Of a stretch of DNA of 64,000 nt, positions 26,801-39,840 are shown piece by piece. The notes beneath the pieces are model-generated. The model was not told where the DNA came from. It ran no database searches and saw only the letters and a list, made by a program, of their open reading frames with translations. The stretch is from Lingula anatina (Eukaryota; Animalia; Brachiopoda), in contig CM120643.1 in the NCBI GenBank assembly GCA_051362555.1, positions 29,330,848 through 29,394,847 of the forward strand, in the 5' to 3' direction. The translations under genes and the position numbers were made by a program. How positions within the stretch are numbered: position 1 is the stretch's first letter; the number at the start of each line of letters is the position of its first letter.

Positions 26801-29800
26801 GTTATGTAACAGATCTTCATGCATAATATGTTATTATGTTGTAGCTCTTTGCAATTTGTTATACATATGAATCATACGATATTTAAAAAAGTGAATTAAA
26901 CTGTACTTCAGCATTTTAATTTACTTTAGCATTTTCTGTTAAAGATTTAGATCCGTGATGACAAAATCGATTCTCTTTGTTATAGATATTAGAAGAAAAA
27001 TTTGTCCTTTTTGTTTGATATCTAAGCTTACAATGTATTCTTGATGATACTTTATAAATTATTAGGAAAACGACAAGTCATAATATCTAGACTCTCTGAG
27101 TAAATTATTTGGGTTTCCTGTATTTAAAAATGGTTGTTTATTTCAGAGATTTTCCCTGGTGTTTGTGGTGCTGTTTATCTCGGTAGGGCTGGTGCTATTT
27201 ACATTCCATTCCACGCAGTTTAACTGGACGGGATTTTTACTGGTGCTGACAGCAGCCTTCACAAGTGGCTTCCGGTGGACGCTCTCGCAGGTGGTCACAC
27301 AGAAAAGTGAAATAGGTATGAGGTTTTTTAGAGGGAACTTTGATCACTATGGCCAATGTGTGTTGGAAACACCTGTTAAGTTTTGACTGTTGTTTTTTCT
27401 TCATTTTGAGGTGTCTTAAATACTAGAATTTTAATTTTTTTTAGCAAAGAATGACAGCTCTCTCTCTCTCTCTCTGATTTATCACTAATTTTTATGTACA
27501 GACACAGATGTGTCTGTACATATTGCCATCACCTGCGTCTGTCCTCGCCGATGGCGATGGCGATGCCGATGCCGATGCCGGCGCCGTGCACTTTCCTTGT
27601 AAACACGATAAGTGGAGGGCAGTTTTACTTTTTGGCTTTATATTTACAGAGCTGATGAATATTCATAAAACGCAGGTCAAGTTCGAAAATCAGCATGATT
27701 GGGCCATTATTGTAGAAGTTATGCTGTTTTTTCACTTTTCAGCATATTTTTCACATTTCCTCAGATTCAATTCTTAGGCATGTTAACAGTCTCATTATTA
27801 GTACCACCAGCGTGTACGCTGGCGGTACTCATGGTTTTAGTCCCGACCCGTCTCGTACAGCTCCTGCGGCTCCTGCGGCTCCTGCGGCTCCGCCGGCTCA
27901 TGCGGCTCCTGCGGCTCCGCAGGATGGCGTGGGATACAAGTCACCGTTACCGCTTCTCCTCCTAGACCGCAAGGACCTATGTCCCCATCTCTTGGATTTA
28001 GGTCACATATATTCTCAACTTGAACCCCCTGGTTTTTTTGTCTCAGTTGGTGCATTGGCCTGGGCGTGGCGCTCATTGTAACGCACCCTTGTCAAAATTT
28101 TTGAAAATTCAATGCTAAATATCTCCAATACCGAAGGAATTATGGGAAAAATTTCTACAGATGGCTGACCGAAAGTCATAAGTGGAGATTTCAAATATGC
28201 CCTTGGATTTGACCTTTGACCTTTATTTCAAGGTCAAACGGGCCAAAATTTTCTAAAAATGGGAATTTTTGCAAAAAAATTATTATTTTATGCCGAGTTT
28301 CAGAAACTTCACAGATCTAACTTATAATAATATGGACAGGTGTTACCCTTAGGGTCTTCTTTCATCTTCGTGAGTTTGGGGTCAATCGGTGCATTTTCAC
28401 GGGAGCAGCGGCCATTAAATGCCGAAACTGAAAACTCTCCAATTCTGGAACTGTTAAAGCTAAAGACCTCTTGTTTTTTGCATTTTGTAGAGCTTATCAA
28501 GCGCAACACTGAAGGTGGTGTCCGTTATTTGTTTTCGATACTGCTTAGGCATTGCACTTTATCGAAAAGTTCAACATCTAATATTTAGTGGTGAAAATAA
28601 AAAGTGAAATACTACAAAATTAGCAGAGATACGCCCATAGATACTGTTGAACTTGAATAGGAAGTCATATACTTGTAATCTAACTGTGACCTTGAAATTG
28701 ACCTTTGACCTACTTTTCATGATGAACTGCACTTTGCAAGTTTTCTGATTTTTATATCTCCAAAACTGGCAAAGATATGCCGATAGTTACTGTTGAACTT
28801 GAATAGGAAGTCATATACTGGCAATCTAACTGTGATCCTGAAATTGACCTCTGACCTACTTTTCACCATGAACTGAACTTTGCAAATTTTCCAGCCCTAA
28901 TATCTCTTAGAGCGCATTCTCAACGAATTAAGCCAGGCTTTACAAAGCCGGTGACCTAAAAATGGCGGACGTACATGAAAGAAAAACCGCCTAATCTTTT
29001 AATAGTCTCTCCGCCTCCCCACACGTCGTCCCTGCGGGGTACAGTAATTAAATCTCGGCTCCGTTCGCCATGCGGAAGCTACCTGAGAAATATTAAGTGC
29101 GCATGCTCATCAGTTAAACTCGTGGTGAAGAAGGCATGGCGGCTGAAGGCGATCGAAGGAAAAAAGCTCTTCTGTTCTATTATCTTTGAAAACAGAGACG
29201 AAAAAGGAATAATTTGGCCCGTAGAGCAGCAATGAATCGACTATCTAAGGAGATAATATCACCAGAGATATTCACGGAAATATTAATGTTCGGAGCCAAG
29301 ATTTAATTACTGTACCCCGCAGGGACGACGTGTGGGGAGGCGTGTGAGAGGCGGAGAGACTATTAAAAGATTAGGCGGTTTTTCTTTCATGTACGTCCGC
29401 CATTTTTAGGTCACCGGCTTTGTAAAGCCTGGCTTAATTCGTTGAGAATGCGCTCTTAAACTGGCAAAGATATGCCCATAGCTACTGTTGAACTTGAGTA
29501 GGAAGTCATGTACTGGCAATCTTACTGTGACCTTTAAATTGACCACTGACCTACTTTTCTCCATGAACTGAACTTTGCATGTTTTCTGGCCTTTATATCT
29601 CCAAAATTGGCAAAGAAATGCCCATAGTTACTTTTTAACTTGAATAGGAAGTCATAAACTGTGACCTTGAAATTGACCTTTGACCTACTGTTCACCTTGA
29701 ACTGAACTTTGCATATTTTCTTGCCCCTCATATCTTCAAAACTAGCACAGATATGCCCAGTGTTTCCTCTTTTGTCAGCATATATGCAACACTGATAACA

Positions 29801-31703
29801 CATTTCAAGGAAAACCAATAGGCCTATTGTCTAGAAAATCACAGGAGTGATCATTGTTAGGAAAATACAGGTCAATTGGAAAAAACGCTTGATTGGACCA
29901 TTTTTACAGTTTTTTTTTTTTTTTTTGCATATTTTGAGAACTCTTGTTTATTGCATTTCTTAGATCCTGTCAGGCACAAGACTGGTGGTGGTGGTGTCTT
30001 TTTTTTTTTGGCTTTCCATCTGAATGTGCTTACTCCAGCTGGTGGTACAATATCCGGAGGCGGTATCGCCTCTCTGATCCTCTAGTTAAACTAATAAGAT
30101 ACGTAAAAGTGTTTGTTTGACATTTCCTGCATCTTTACAACATTGTTAGTTGATTTTGTAAAAATGATGGTAAACTTGTTATCGTGTATTGTGTAATAAA
30201 GTTTCAAAAATGGAAATAAACTCATATCATTGCAGTTTGTCAGATTCAATCATTCACTATGTTCAGAATCTCAGAATGGAAGAAATTGGACATTTAACAC
30301 TGCTCTGTTGATATTTTTCCCATCTCATCAATTGTCTTAGTTGATCATATAAAAATGGCAGTAAACTGTTAATTTTGTTTTATGTTAAAAATTGTTAAAA
30401 ATGGAAAAAAAAAAACATTTCAGAACAGTGCTGTCTTGTTTACATTTTGGCATTTTCAAGTTGTGACTTTGAAGTTCCATGGGCCTGAAGACCTTTGCTA
30501 GTCACATTTTCTGAATAACCATGATACTAATATTTTATTATTAAAAATTGATGGTCATCATGCTGTTAAACATTATGTAATATTGCATCAAAATTTGAAA
30601 AAAAAACTATTTTGGGCACTGCTCCCATGATGACCATTTAAGAAAAACCATGTCACTTACTGTTCTCAAACAGTACAGTAAATATATATAGATGTGTCTG
30701 TACATATTGCCATCACCTGCGTCTGTCGTCGCCGTCGTCGCCGTGCACTTTCCTTGTAAACACGATAAGTGGAAGGCAGTTTTACTTTTTGGCTTTATAT
30801 TTACAGAGCTGATGAATATTCATAAAATGCAGGTCAAGTTCGAAAATCAGCATGATCAGGCCATTATTGTAGAAGTTATGCTGTTTTTTCACTTTTCAGC
30901 ATATATGCAACACTGTAAACACAATATAAGAAAAACAGATGGGCCAATTGTCATTAAACTCACAGGAGTGGTCAATCCTGCTAAAACGCAGGTTAAGTTA
31001 AAAAATCAGCATAATCGGGCCATTATTTAAGAAGTTATGCTGTTTTTTACATTTCCTTAGATTCAATTCTTAGGCATGTTAACAGTTTCATTATTTAATT
31101 AATAAGATATGTCAAAGTGTTTTTTTGACATTTCCTGCATCTTTACAACATTGTTAGTTGATTTTGTAAAAATGATGTTAAACTTTTTATTGTGTATTGT
31201 GTAATAAAGTTTCAAAAATGGAAATAAACTCATATCATTGCAGTTTGTCAGATTGAATCATTCACTATGTTCAGAATCTCAGAATGGAAGAAATTGGACA
31301 TTTTACACTATTCTATTGATATTTTTCCCATCTCATCAATTTTCTTAGTTGATCATATAAAATTGGCTGTAAACTGTTAATTTTGTTTTATGTTAAAAAT
31401 TGTTAAAAATGGAAATAAACCCATTTCAGAACAGTGCTGTCTTGTTATTTTCTGTTTTTGTCTGTACATTTGACAGCTTTGCTGCCTTGTTAATTTAAAC
31501 TCAACACAGTGTCTTTGAGAGAGAGAGAGAGAGAGAGAGAGAATAAGCAGCTAAGTGTCTTGCTCCAGGTTTATGTCTTCCTGATATGATGTATCACAAA
31601 CATGTGATGTCTTGTTTCAGGTTTAAGTAATCCTCTAGATATGATGTATCACATTCAGCCGTGGATGATCATAGGTCTGCTGCCTTTGTCTTCTTATGTG
31701 GAA

Positions 31704-31745
<42 letters not shown>

Positions 31746-33838
31746 TTAATATCAATAAAATTGTTCATGGTTCTAAGTAATTTACTGATATTTTTGTGAT
31801 AGTAATCACTTAGTTTGGCACAGATTTTTTGGTAAAAAATCTATGTTTGGATCTTGTCACAAGAGCATCACCAAGCTAAAAGCCCACTGGTTGTTGGGTG
31901 TTGGTGAATGCTCTTGTGACAAGTGCGAAACTTATCAGTATAGAGTTTAAAACTATCTGTAATAATCGAAAAAACAACTAAGATTCTTTTTTGCCAAAAA
32001 AAAAAAAAAAAAAAGAAAAAAAAAGTTCCCTCTGGGTAAAATTTTATTTAGATGCATGAAGTTGTATAGTTAAAGGTCCATTTTTTTCGGAAAAAGAACC
32101 CCCCTTTTTAAATTGCTGGCCATTGGCCTGTGATCTATCCCCAAAGCTATTAATGATTTCTTGTTCATATTACAGGTGTTCCACTAGCCAGTTCCCATCA
32201 TCTGTTCAGATTTCATGAAATCAGTGAGATTTTGACGTCAGTTGGTATAGTAATAGGAGGGGCTTTCCTGGCCTTCATGTTGGAGTTTAGTGAATTTTTA
32301 CTTTTATCCAGAACCTCAGGCTTAACTCTTTCCATATCAGGAATATTTAAAGTAAGTTCCAAATACACGTTGTATCAGACCTTTGTAAAGCAAGAAATAA
32401 ATTGTTCAGGAAATGACAAGACATGCTCCTTATTCAAAATTCTTAACAAAATTATGTTTTATAAGTTATAAGCCAATATTTGGGCTCTAATTTTTGTTTT
32501 TACAATACAAATTAAAATCATTGGTGGGCATAATTAATAATTATGTCACTAAAAAATAAAAAAAACTTATTGATATTTCTGTGTGAACTCAGTGTTATTT
32601 ATGCATTTTTGGTTTCAGTTATGTTGTTGAAAGTCTTTGCAAAAAAGTAATGATACAGTTATGACACCATTGTAACAACTACTTACAGACAGAGGTGAAT
32701 AAATATGATGTCCTGTTTTATTCAGGAAATTTGCAAAATAGTAGAAAATACAGGTATATTACTTTAGTAATAGCTAATAACTGAAGGAAATTAATAATTT
32801 TTTCGTATTTTTCATCCCAGGAAATTTGTACAATAGTCCTTGCGCACATCACATTTGGTGACAAGATGAATCCCATCAATTTCCTGGGACTTGTGATATG
32901 TCTGTTTGGAATAGCGTTACATGTGATATTAAAAGCTGTTCATAGTAAGTACATATCTGTCACCCAGAATATCAGATATTACTGGAAACTCACACTGCCC
33001 TCTATTAGCAGCATGTTTCTTCTATTCCCAGTATCACCTGGAGTCTCGGACACAAGTGTTACCAGGTCCCTGCTACCAGCATGCTTCTCCTGTCTCCAGT
33101 AACACTGTGAGATTCAGAGATCCCAGAAAATGAGCCTCTTATTATCTGCCACATCTCTTATTTTCTAGGATTTTTTTAAAATTATGCCTGTTGGAAATGG
33201 CAGAGGAAAGCTGGTAGCGGAGACTATTTTTCTAGTAAAGTCTAATGATGGTGAATGAGTAGTGAAATGGATGAACTATTGTGTGCATAGACGAGAATAT
33301 TGAAATGGGAAAAAGAAAGAGAGTCGAGACAGACAGAACAAAATGACAACCTGACAGTCACACAGGCAGACAGGCAGACAGACACACAGACAGAGAGGAC
33401 AGAAGGATAACCTGAAGGACGGACAGATAATCAAACAAACAAACAAATAAACAAACCAGCAAACAAACAAAGAAACAAACAGACAGAAGAGAGGCAGAAA
33501 AGGTGACAGGTGACACAATAACAGAATAAATATACAGTAAAAATTACTGTTATAAATATTTTCACTACTATTATAGTAAAAAAGTATCCATTTGATTGAT
33601 GTTATGGCAAAATGTATTTGACATAAATACATATACACGAATTTATATAATTTTCAGAATAATGAATAACAATATTATTTTTTCTCTAGGAAAAGAAGAT
33701 GAAAAAGAATTACACAATAATTCTGAGTCTATGGAGATGCTGCTAGTAAATGGAGAGGCAAACTCCACAGATGAGGAAGAAGCAGAGTTATTTGACCGCA
33801 ATGCTGTGAGACCACCCAGAGTTCACAAACATAGGTAG
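23869..33838 (+). CDS. SLC35C2: Solute carrier family 35 member C2 (nucleotide-sugar/triose-phosphate transporter family)
   Basis: Exons 23869-24054, 25147-25297, 26223-26286, 26608-26680, 27147-27315, 31621-31704, 32176-32351, 32821-32944, 33690-33838 with matching phases. Peptides YYTFSIGLTLYNK, ALDIGLSNW, YTMVKST, GFRWTLSQ, GLSNPLDMMYHIQP and EFLLLSRTSGLTLSISGIFKE match SLC35C2. Confidence 0.93.
24265..24340. other. 76-nt near-perfect hairpin in SLC35C2 intron 1
   Basis: 26-bp arms tgatgaaatcttacacatctgctact and agtagcagatgtgtaaggtttcatca, with one G-T wobble. Confidence 0.8.
24415..24779. mobile_element. hAT-like non-autonomous element with 6-bp flanking direct repeat
   Basis: tcattg|cagacatgctgaaa ... 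tttcagcaagtctg|tcattg. Confidence 0.7.
25351..25700. repeat. 17-bp minisatellite, about 20 copies
   Basis: Unit cacagctaacacactgt / cacaactaacacactac; related degenerate arrays at about 35010-35170 and 36740-36880. Confidence 0.95.
25704..26005. mobile_element. Harbinger-type foldback MITE, shorter relative of 28910-29455
   Basis: About 120-bp inverted arms ggccgcattcacat... / ...atgtgaatgcggcc; 3-bp duplication ATA on both sides, splitting the last 17-bp repeat unit. Confidence 0.85.
27798..30087 (-). mobile_element. Helentron/HINE-like family A copy with internal tandem core repeats
   Basis: Reverse complement of the copies at 38283, 45264 and 62961. 5' end aactagaggatcagagaggcgataccgcctcc with subterminal gtaccaccagc, internal repeats of about 120 bp (ggtcaaaggtcaatttcaaggtcacag), gcggagcc microsatellite, 3' hairpin gtaccgccagcgtacacgctggtggtac. 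Confidence 0.8.
28910..29455. mobile_element. Young PIF/Harbinger MITE with TTA target-site duplication, nested in family A
   Basis: tta|gagcgcattctcaacgaattaagcc ... ggcttaattcgttgagaatgcgctc|tta; near-perfect TIRs of over 100 bp; interrupts a tatctc..aactggcaaagatatgccc core unit. Confidence 0.9.
30691..31490 (-). mobile_element. HINE-like family B, second (internally deleted) copy
   Basis: Near-identical to 27507-27797 plus 30088-30440; ends gtctgtacatttgacagctttgctgccttgtt, the reverse complement of the start at 58700. Confidence 0.75.
31853..31923. other. 71-nt hairpin in SLC35C2 intron 6
   Basis: Arms cttgtcacaagagcatcaccaa and ttggtgaatgctcttgtgacaag. Confidence 0.7.
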
Positions 33839-34007
33839 AAATAACCTGTTTTAGTTACTTTATTTACATTTTACAATTTAAATTCGGTTAAAAATCAGAT
33901 GGTCTTCTCAGGGACATGTTGTTTGAGGTTATTGAAAGGGGAAACCACACTCAAGGATGACAGATATTCCCTGCTTCTCATAAGAAAGAAAATGGTGCTT
34001 AAACTTT

Positions 34008-34360
34008 GAAAATGATTTAGATTTGGGAAATCCATTGGAAGTGGCTGAAGAGATGGTTGGAATTAAGAGAATTTTAGAAGGAAATATCATCATCGGATTC
34101 TTTTATTTGAGGGGTTTTCTGATTTTTAGGGACTGAATTGAGAAAGGTATTTATAAGATTTGCAGGATATGTAGACATAGAAAATGATTTAGATTTGGGA
34201 AATCCATTAGAAGTGGCTGAAGAGATGGTTGGAATTAAGAGAATTTTAGAAGGAAATATCATCATCGGATTCTTTCATTTGAGGGGGTTTTCTGATTTTT
34301 AGGGACTGAATTGAGAAAGGTATTTATAAGATTTGCAGGATATGTAGACATAGAAAATGA
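34008..34360. repeat. About 172-bp tandem duplication downstream of the SLC35C2 stop
   Basis: gaaaatgatttagatttgggaaatcc... starts at 34008 and 34180; copies nearly identical. Confidence 0.9.
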
Positions 34361-36276
34361 GTCTTCAGGAAACTGTAACAAGGATAGTGTACCTTAATGA
34401 TTTTTAAATGCTCTAAGTCTTGAGAAAAATGTGACAGGTATTGCTACTAAAAAGAAAACAGTGGGAGGAATGAGTTGAATATTATCTTTTAAAAAAATGA
34501 TTGAAATTAAAAAAATTCTGACATCTTTTTTGCCTTATATTCCATTGCTGCATTCTTTTTTTTTTTTCTTGTTGCAGTGAATGAAAAGGCATTGTACTGG
34601 GCATTTCAAATCAAGTGCAAATGTAGTATAAAATGAAGATGTAAAAAAGAAAAACTCATCCGTCTTGAAACCCTGGGGCTAAGGAACAGTGCCAAAAACA
34701 ACTTTCTTTTTGCTTTTTTTTCACATTTAATGTTTTCTGTTGTTTTGCATTTCAGCAATGACTAACAATTAAAAAAAGCATCTAGATCTTTAAGTCCACA
34801 AATATATGATAATACTCTGTTTTATTGATTTTATTTCTGTTTTGCTATGAAAAGCAGTCTGTAAAAATGAAGTGAATGATGTGGATGAAGGAAGCCACAT
34901 TTATTTATTAAGTCCACCGTTAAAAAAAAGAACTTTATAAAACAGTATCACGTACAGTTTTTTTAGAAGACGTTTTATGGAGAATTTTTTCTGTTCTTTT
35001 AATGAAGTGTCACGTCACATCTAGCACATTGTCACACCTAACACATTGTCAAACCTAATACATTGTCATATCTGACGCAGTCACACCTAACACATTGTCA
35101 CATCTGACACATTGTCACATCCAAAACATTGTCACACCTAACACATTGTCACGTCTGCCACACCAAACACACTTGACAGTAGAACTTCATCCAGTCTGCA
35201 ACTGAAACTTTCCTGTTCAAATCAGTATGAACTTCTAGTCTGAAGATTAAAAGAAAATGGGAAAATTATCAAAAGTTGAATCGGACTTGTCTAGTAACTT
35301 TGGAAAGTCCTATTTGTTTTTCTATAGAATATGGTATCATATCTACAAATTGGTTGCCTTGGTGCTTTTTGTCATTTACAAATCCCCCATCGGGTCTTCA
35401 AAGGTTTGTACATTTGTTGACATATTTCAGCAAACATTACCTTGAATTATATGATGAAGTTCATCATATCTTGTACCGTTTTTTATATTTGAAGTCTTCC
35501 ATATTTTCTACACTTCTTAAGTTTGTATTTAGAAAATAGGTGTTAAGCTTCTTACAGTATTAGGTTTATTGTTGACAGCAAATACTTTTCATTATCCAGA
35601 TATGGATATAATAATTAAAAAATAATAGTAAGCCTAATAATATATATGACACAAAGTATTATTTAAGCAATATATTTACAAAAACAGTTATTTGTCAATT
35701 TGTGTATATATATATATATATTTAAGAAAACATGAATTAATAGTCTTGTCATGATTTTATGGTGTAATCCTGGACAATGCATTTTAAAAAAATATTTACC
35801 AGTAGGAACTGCTAAGTTTGTGAACTAAAATTTGTTACTGAAGATCTGCAGAAATGATAAACATCAAACCTGTAACATGGAGCTATTTTATTGGAGACTC
35901 AGTAATGAGAGCCCTACACTATGGGACCATTCCCCCAGATATTTGGATCGCTCTATCTCCCTGCTGAGTCTCACCAAATTCCTGTCTTTACCCCCTAGCT
36001 GATAAGGTATACTTGACAGACAATTAAGCTGGTTATGTTGATAGCAATTTAGTGAGGCTCCCCAGAATTAGACCGATCCAGATGGATCGATCTAGGCATG
36101 GGAACCCAGTCTATGTTCCAATACTAGAGACCAAACAAACAAAATGTGTTCATAAATTAAATATTAAAATGAAAGCCGTAGCAATCACAAATCAATGCAT
36201 TTGAATTGCAAATGTAAGAGGACGAAAATTAATTGATCTTTTATTTTGTTAAGATGCAACATTTTTATTATGAAGA

Positions 36277-36346
36277 TGACAAGAATGGGACAAGTATTAT
36301 CCTAATATGTTTGACAAGAATGGGACAAGTATTATCCTAATATGTT
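36277..36346. repeat. 35-bp tandem duplication
   Basis: tgacaagaatgggacaagtattatcctaatatgtt present twice. Confidence 0.9.
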
Positions 36347-36436
36347 AAGTATTGTTGGAATATATACTTTATGTGTTGTGAGGGCTTCCATATGTTGATA
36401 ACAGTTACTGTAATATGAGGTGTATGATATATAATA

Positions 36437-36583
36437 CAGGGGCAGATGGAGGTTGTCTTCTGGAAGATTTTTAAGTTTTCATTAACAGGTATCTAATTTT
36501 TTCTGTTGGAAGATTGTCAAAAATGGAGGATGGATCCACAAAGATAATTTGGAAAAGTCAGAAAATATGTGGATCTGCCCCTG
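36437..36583. mobile_element. hAT-like MITE (caggggc.gatcc ends); related copy at 58863-59020
   Basis: caggggcagat ... atctgcccctg; internal gtatctaatttttctgttggaa resembles the reverse complement of about 58930-58955. Confidence 0.55.
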
Positions 36584-38282
36584 TTATACTTGGTTGAAAA
36601 TATGGAGATTTCTAGTCATGATTGTATAATTTGGTAATGAAACTGTGTTCTATATATAAAATAAATGTATGTTTTTCAAGGAACGTATCACAATTTCTAA
36701 TGTCTTTACTTTGTTACATCAAACACACATAATTGGATTTTGACACAACCACACTGTCATATCTGAACAACTTCTCACCTAACACACTTTCCTGTCTGAA
36801 CTTTTCACATCTAACTCATTTTCATGACATTTTCACACCTAACACACTGCCACTCGACATTGTCACACCTAATGCAGTCAAATCTGAAGAGAATTTTTTC
36901 TCTCCTCTCATACACTTAAATAACAAGTCCTGTGTTGTAACTTGCCCTGCTTGTGTACTTTTTTAAATACCTCTCACTCACATATTCCACTTATATATTT
37001 TTATTTGCATTCATGGAAAATTGTATTAAAAACATTATCAGAATTTTTCTTTTTTATTTATTGACAGTTGTATTTCGTACAGAAAATTATTCTCACGAAA
37101 CTTTTGCAAGTTTGCTTTATCAACAAATTAAAGCAATCAAAAAAAAAAAAAAAAAAGCTAAGAAAATACCATTGTCAATTACTTTGCTAAATTACAAAAG
37201 CTTCAAGTATTGCACCCCTGATTACTTTCTCTGTTAAAACACAGAAAAAAAAAACATGAAACTCAAAATCAACTTTTGCAAAAAGCTTCACAGTGCACAC
37301 ACACAAAAGATTAAAATAAGAAAAATAATCTCAGTAAAAGCAACAATATCCCACATCATGGTAAGTGGACAGGACAGTTTGTACTCCTGAATAATTATTT
37401 AAGCTAAAATAAATGAAGATACAAAAATATGATAACCTCTAACTTTTTAACCAATTAATACTGATCTACTTGTATATTTTACAACTTGGAAGATGTGAAT
37501 GGGAGATGGGGAGGAGAACAGTTCATCTAGTATCTACCATTACACTTCCCATCCATTAAACAAATAATTATACGTAGAAGTCCTACCAGAAGATCACGCT
37601 TAAATGTTCAAGTAGTGCCATCTTAACTACTGAGGTTATATGCAAGATAAAACAAAAATTTGTTACAGACTTTCTATTAAGTTAGCATTTGAAAGGTAAA
37701 GATTTACAAAAACATAAAGATAACATTATAACAATATTATAGAAAATATCCCACGTTTACAGACTGCATTGCTTCATTTAATATCCAATGAATACGTCGT
37801 TATTGCAAAACACACATACTAAACTGGTTGGTTATAAAATCACAAATTTACAAAAGCATCTTTGAATATGGATGTGATCAATATCCCACATATACATGTC
37901 CTTGTGGACTGCATTACTGAATTTTCTATCTAGTAATTTTTTTCAACAGGATTTTGTCTTTTCAAATCATTGTAGATGTAATTTTTTACTAAGCTGTGCT
38001 AATTACATACTACACAATAAAATTCTCTCTGTTGCTTCTCACCTTGTTCAAAACTGATTTCCTCAGTCCTAGAAGTCAGATTTCAAGTATTTCTTGGTGA
38101 AACACTGGTGTTACAAGAAGTAAATACAAAAATAAACCAATTCTCATTTGCCACTTCTAAATCTTTTACAATACCTTTTATATATATGTTGAATTATACT
38201 TCATATTCTTACAATTATAGGTATTTTTTTGCATTGCTTTTTATTTACAACAATAAAATTAGCAAGAATGAAGAACTTTACA

Positions 38283-39840
38283 AACTTGAGGATCAGAGAG
38301 GCAATACTGCCTCCGGATATTGTATCACCAGCTGGAGTAAGCACATTCGTATGGAAAACCAAAAAACAAACAGGAACAACCACCAGTGTTGTGTTTGACA
38401 AGCTCTTCAAAATGCAATAAACAAGACAAGAAATATGCCCCTTCCCCCAAAATAAAAAAAACAGCACAACTTTTATAAAAATCGTCTGATCAAGCCGATT
38501 TTCAAGACAATAGGCTTGTCAGTTTTCTTTGAAATGCATAATCAGTGTTGCATATATATTGAAAGAAAGAAATAGGCCTATCTCTGCCAGTTTTGGGAAT
38601 ATAAGGGATAGAAAATTTGCAAAGTTCAGTGAAAAGAAAGTCAAAGGTCAAATGTGACAGATGTGACATCCAGCATATGACTTCCTATTCAAGTTCAAAA
38701 GTAACCATGGGTGTGCCTCTGCCAGTATTGGAGATAAAAGAGATGGAAAAATTGCAAAGTTCAGCGCATGGTCAAAAGTAGGTCAAATGTCAATTTCAAG
38801 GTCACAGTTAGATTGTCAGTATGTGACTTCCTATTCAAGTTCAATAGTAACTATGGGTGTATCTCTGCTAGTTTTGGAGATGTAAGGGATAGAAAAATTG
38901 CAAAGTTCAGTTCATGGTAAAAAGTAGGTTGAAGGTCAATTTCAAGGTCACAGTTACATTGCCAGTATATGACTTCCTATTGAAGTTCAATAGTAACTAT
39001 GGGTGTATCTCAGCTACTTTTGGAGTATTTCACATTTTATTTTCACCATTGAATATTGCTCAGTTGTGTTTTTTGATACAGCGCAACTCCTTGACCGTAT
39101 CGCAAACAAAAAAATGGACACCACCTCCAGTTATGTGCTTGACAAGCTCTACATGATGCAAAAAACAAGGTCTCTAGCATTTACGGTTCCAAAATTAGGG
39201 AAAGTTTTCAGTTTCAGTATCTTATGGCCGTTTCTCCCATGAAAATGCACCGATTGACCCCAAACTCCCAAAGATGAAAGGAGTCCCTAATTGCATCCCC
39301 TCACTATAATACGAGTGCTAAACTCTGTGTAGTTTCTGGAATTCAGCACAAATAAAAGTTTTTTTTTTTTGCAAAAAATTCCCATTTTTAGAAAATTTTG
39401 GCCTGTTTGACCTTGAAAAAAGGGTCAAAGGTCAAATCCGAAGGCATATTTGAAATCCTCATATACGACTTTCGGTCAGACTTCTATACTAATTTTTCCC
39501 ATAATTCCTTCCGTTTAGGAGATATGTAGCATTGAATTTTCAAAAAATTTGACAAGGGTACATTTCATCGAGTGTCACGCCCAAGCGAATGCACTGACTG
39601 AGACAAAAAAACCAGGGGGTTCAAGTTGAGATTATATGTGACCTAAATCCAAGAGATGAGGACACAGGTCCGTGTGGTCTAGGAGGAGAAGCGGTAACGG
39701 TGACTTGTATCCCACGCCACCTGCGGAGCCGGAGGAGCTCACGGAGCCAGCAGAGCCCACGGAGCCAGCGGAGCCGTACAATACTGGTCAGGACTAAAAC
39801 CATGAGTACCACCAGTGTACACACTGGTGATACTAATAAT
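38283..39840 (+). mobile_element. Helentron/HINE-like family A copy
   Basis: Same 5' terminus (aacttgaggatcagagaggc), core tandem units, ggagcc microsatellite and 3' hairpin gtaccaccagtgtacacactggtgatac. Confidence 0.8.

Larger units (their letters stand above)
27490..30680 (-). mobile_element. Helentron/HINE-like family B copy, interrupted by family A
   Basis: Begins with palindrome atgtacagacacagatgtgtctgtacat and a gccgat/gtc microsatellite. Homologous to 30691-31490 and to the reverse complement of 60000-61403. Sequence stops at about 27797 and resumes at 30088. Confidence 0.75.

Noticed and set aside
27699-28081. Ala/Pro- and Arg/Leu-rich ORFs
   Set aside because: They arise from the GC-rich gcggctcct microsatellite of repeat family A, which is also present at about 39720 and 46930.
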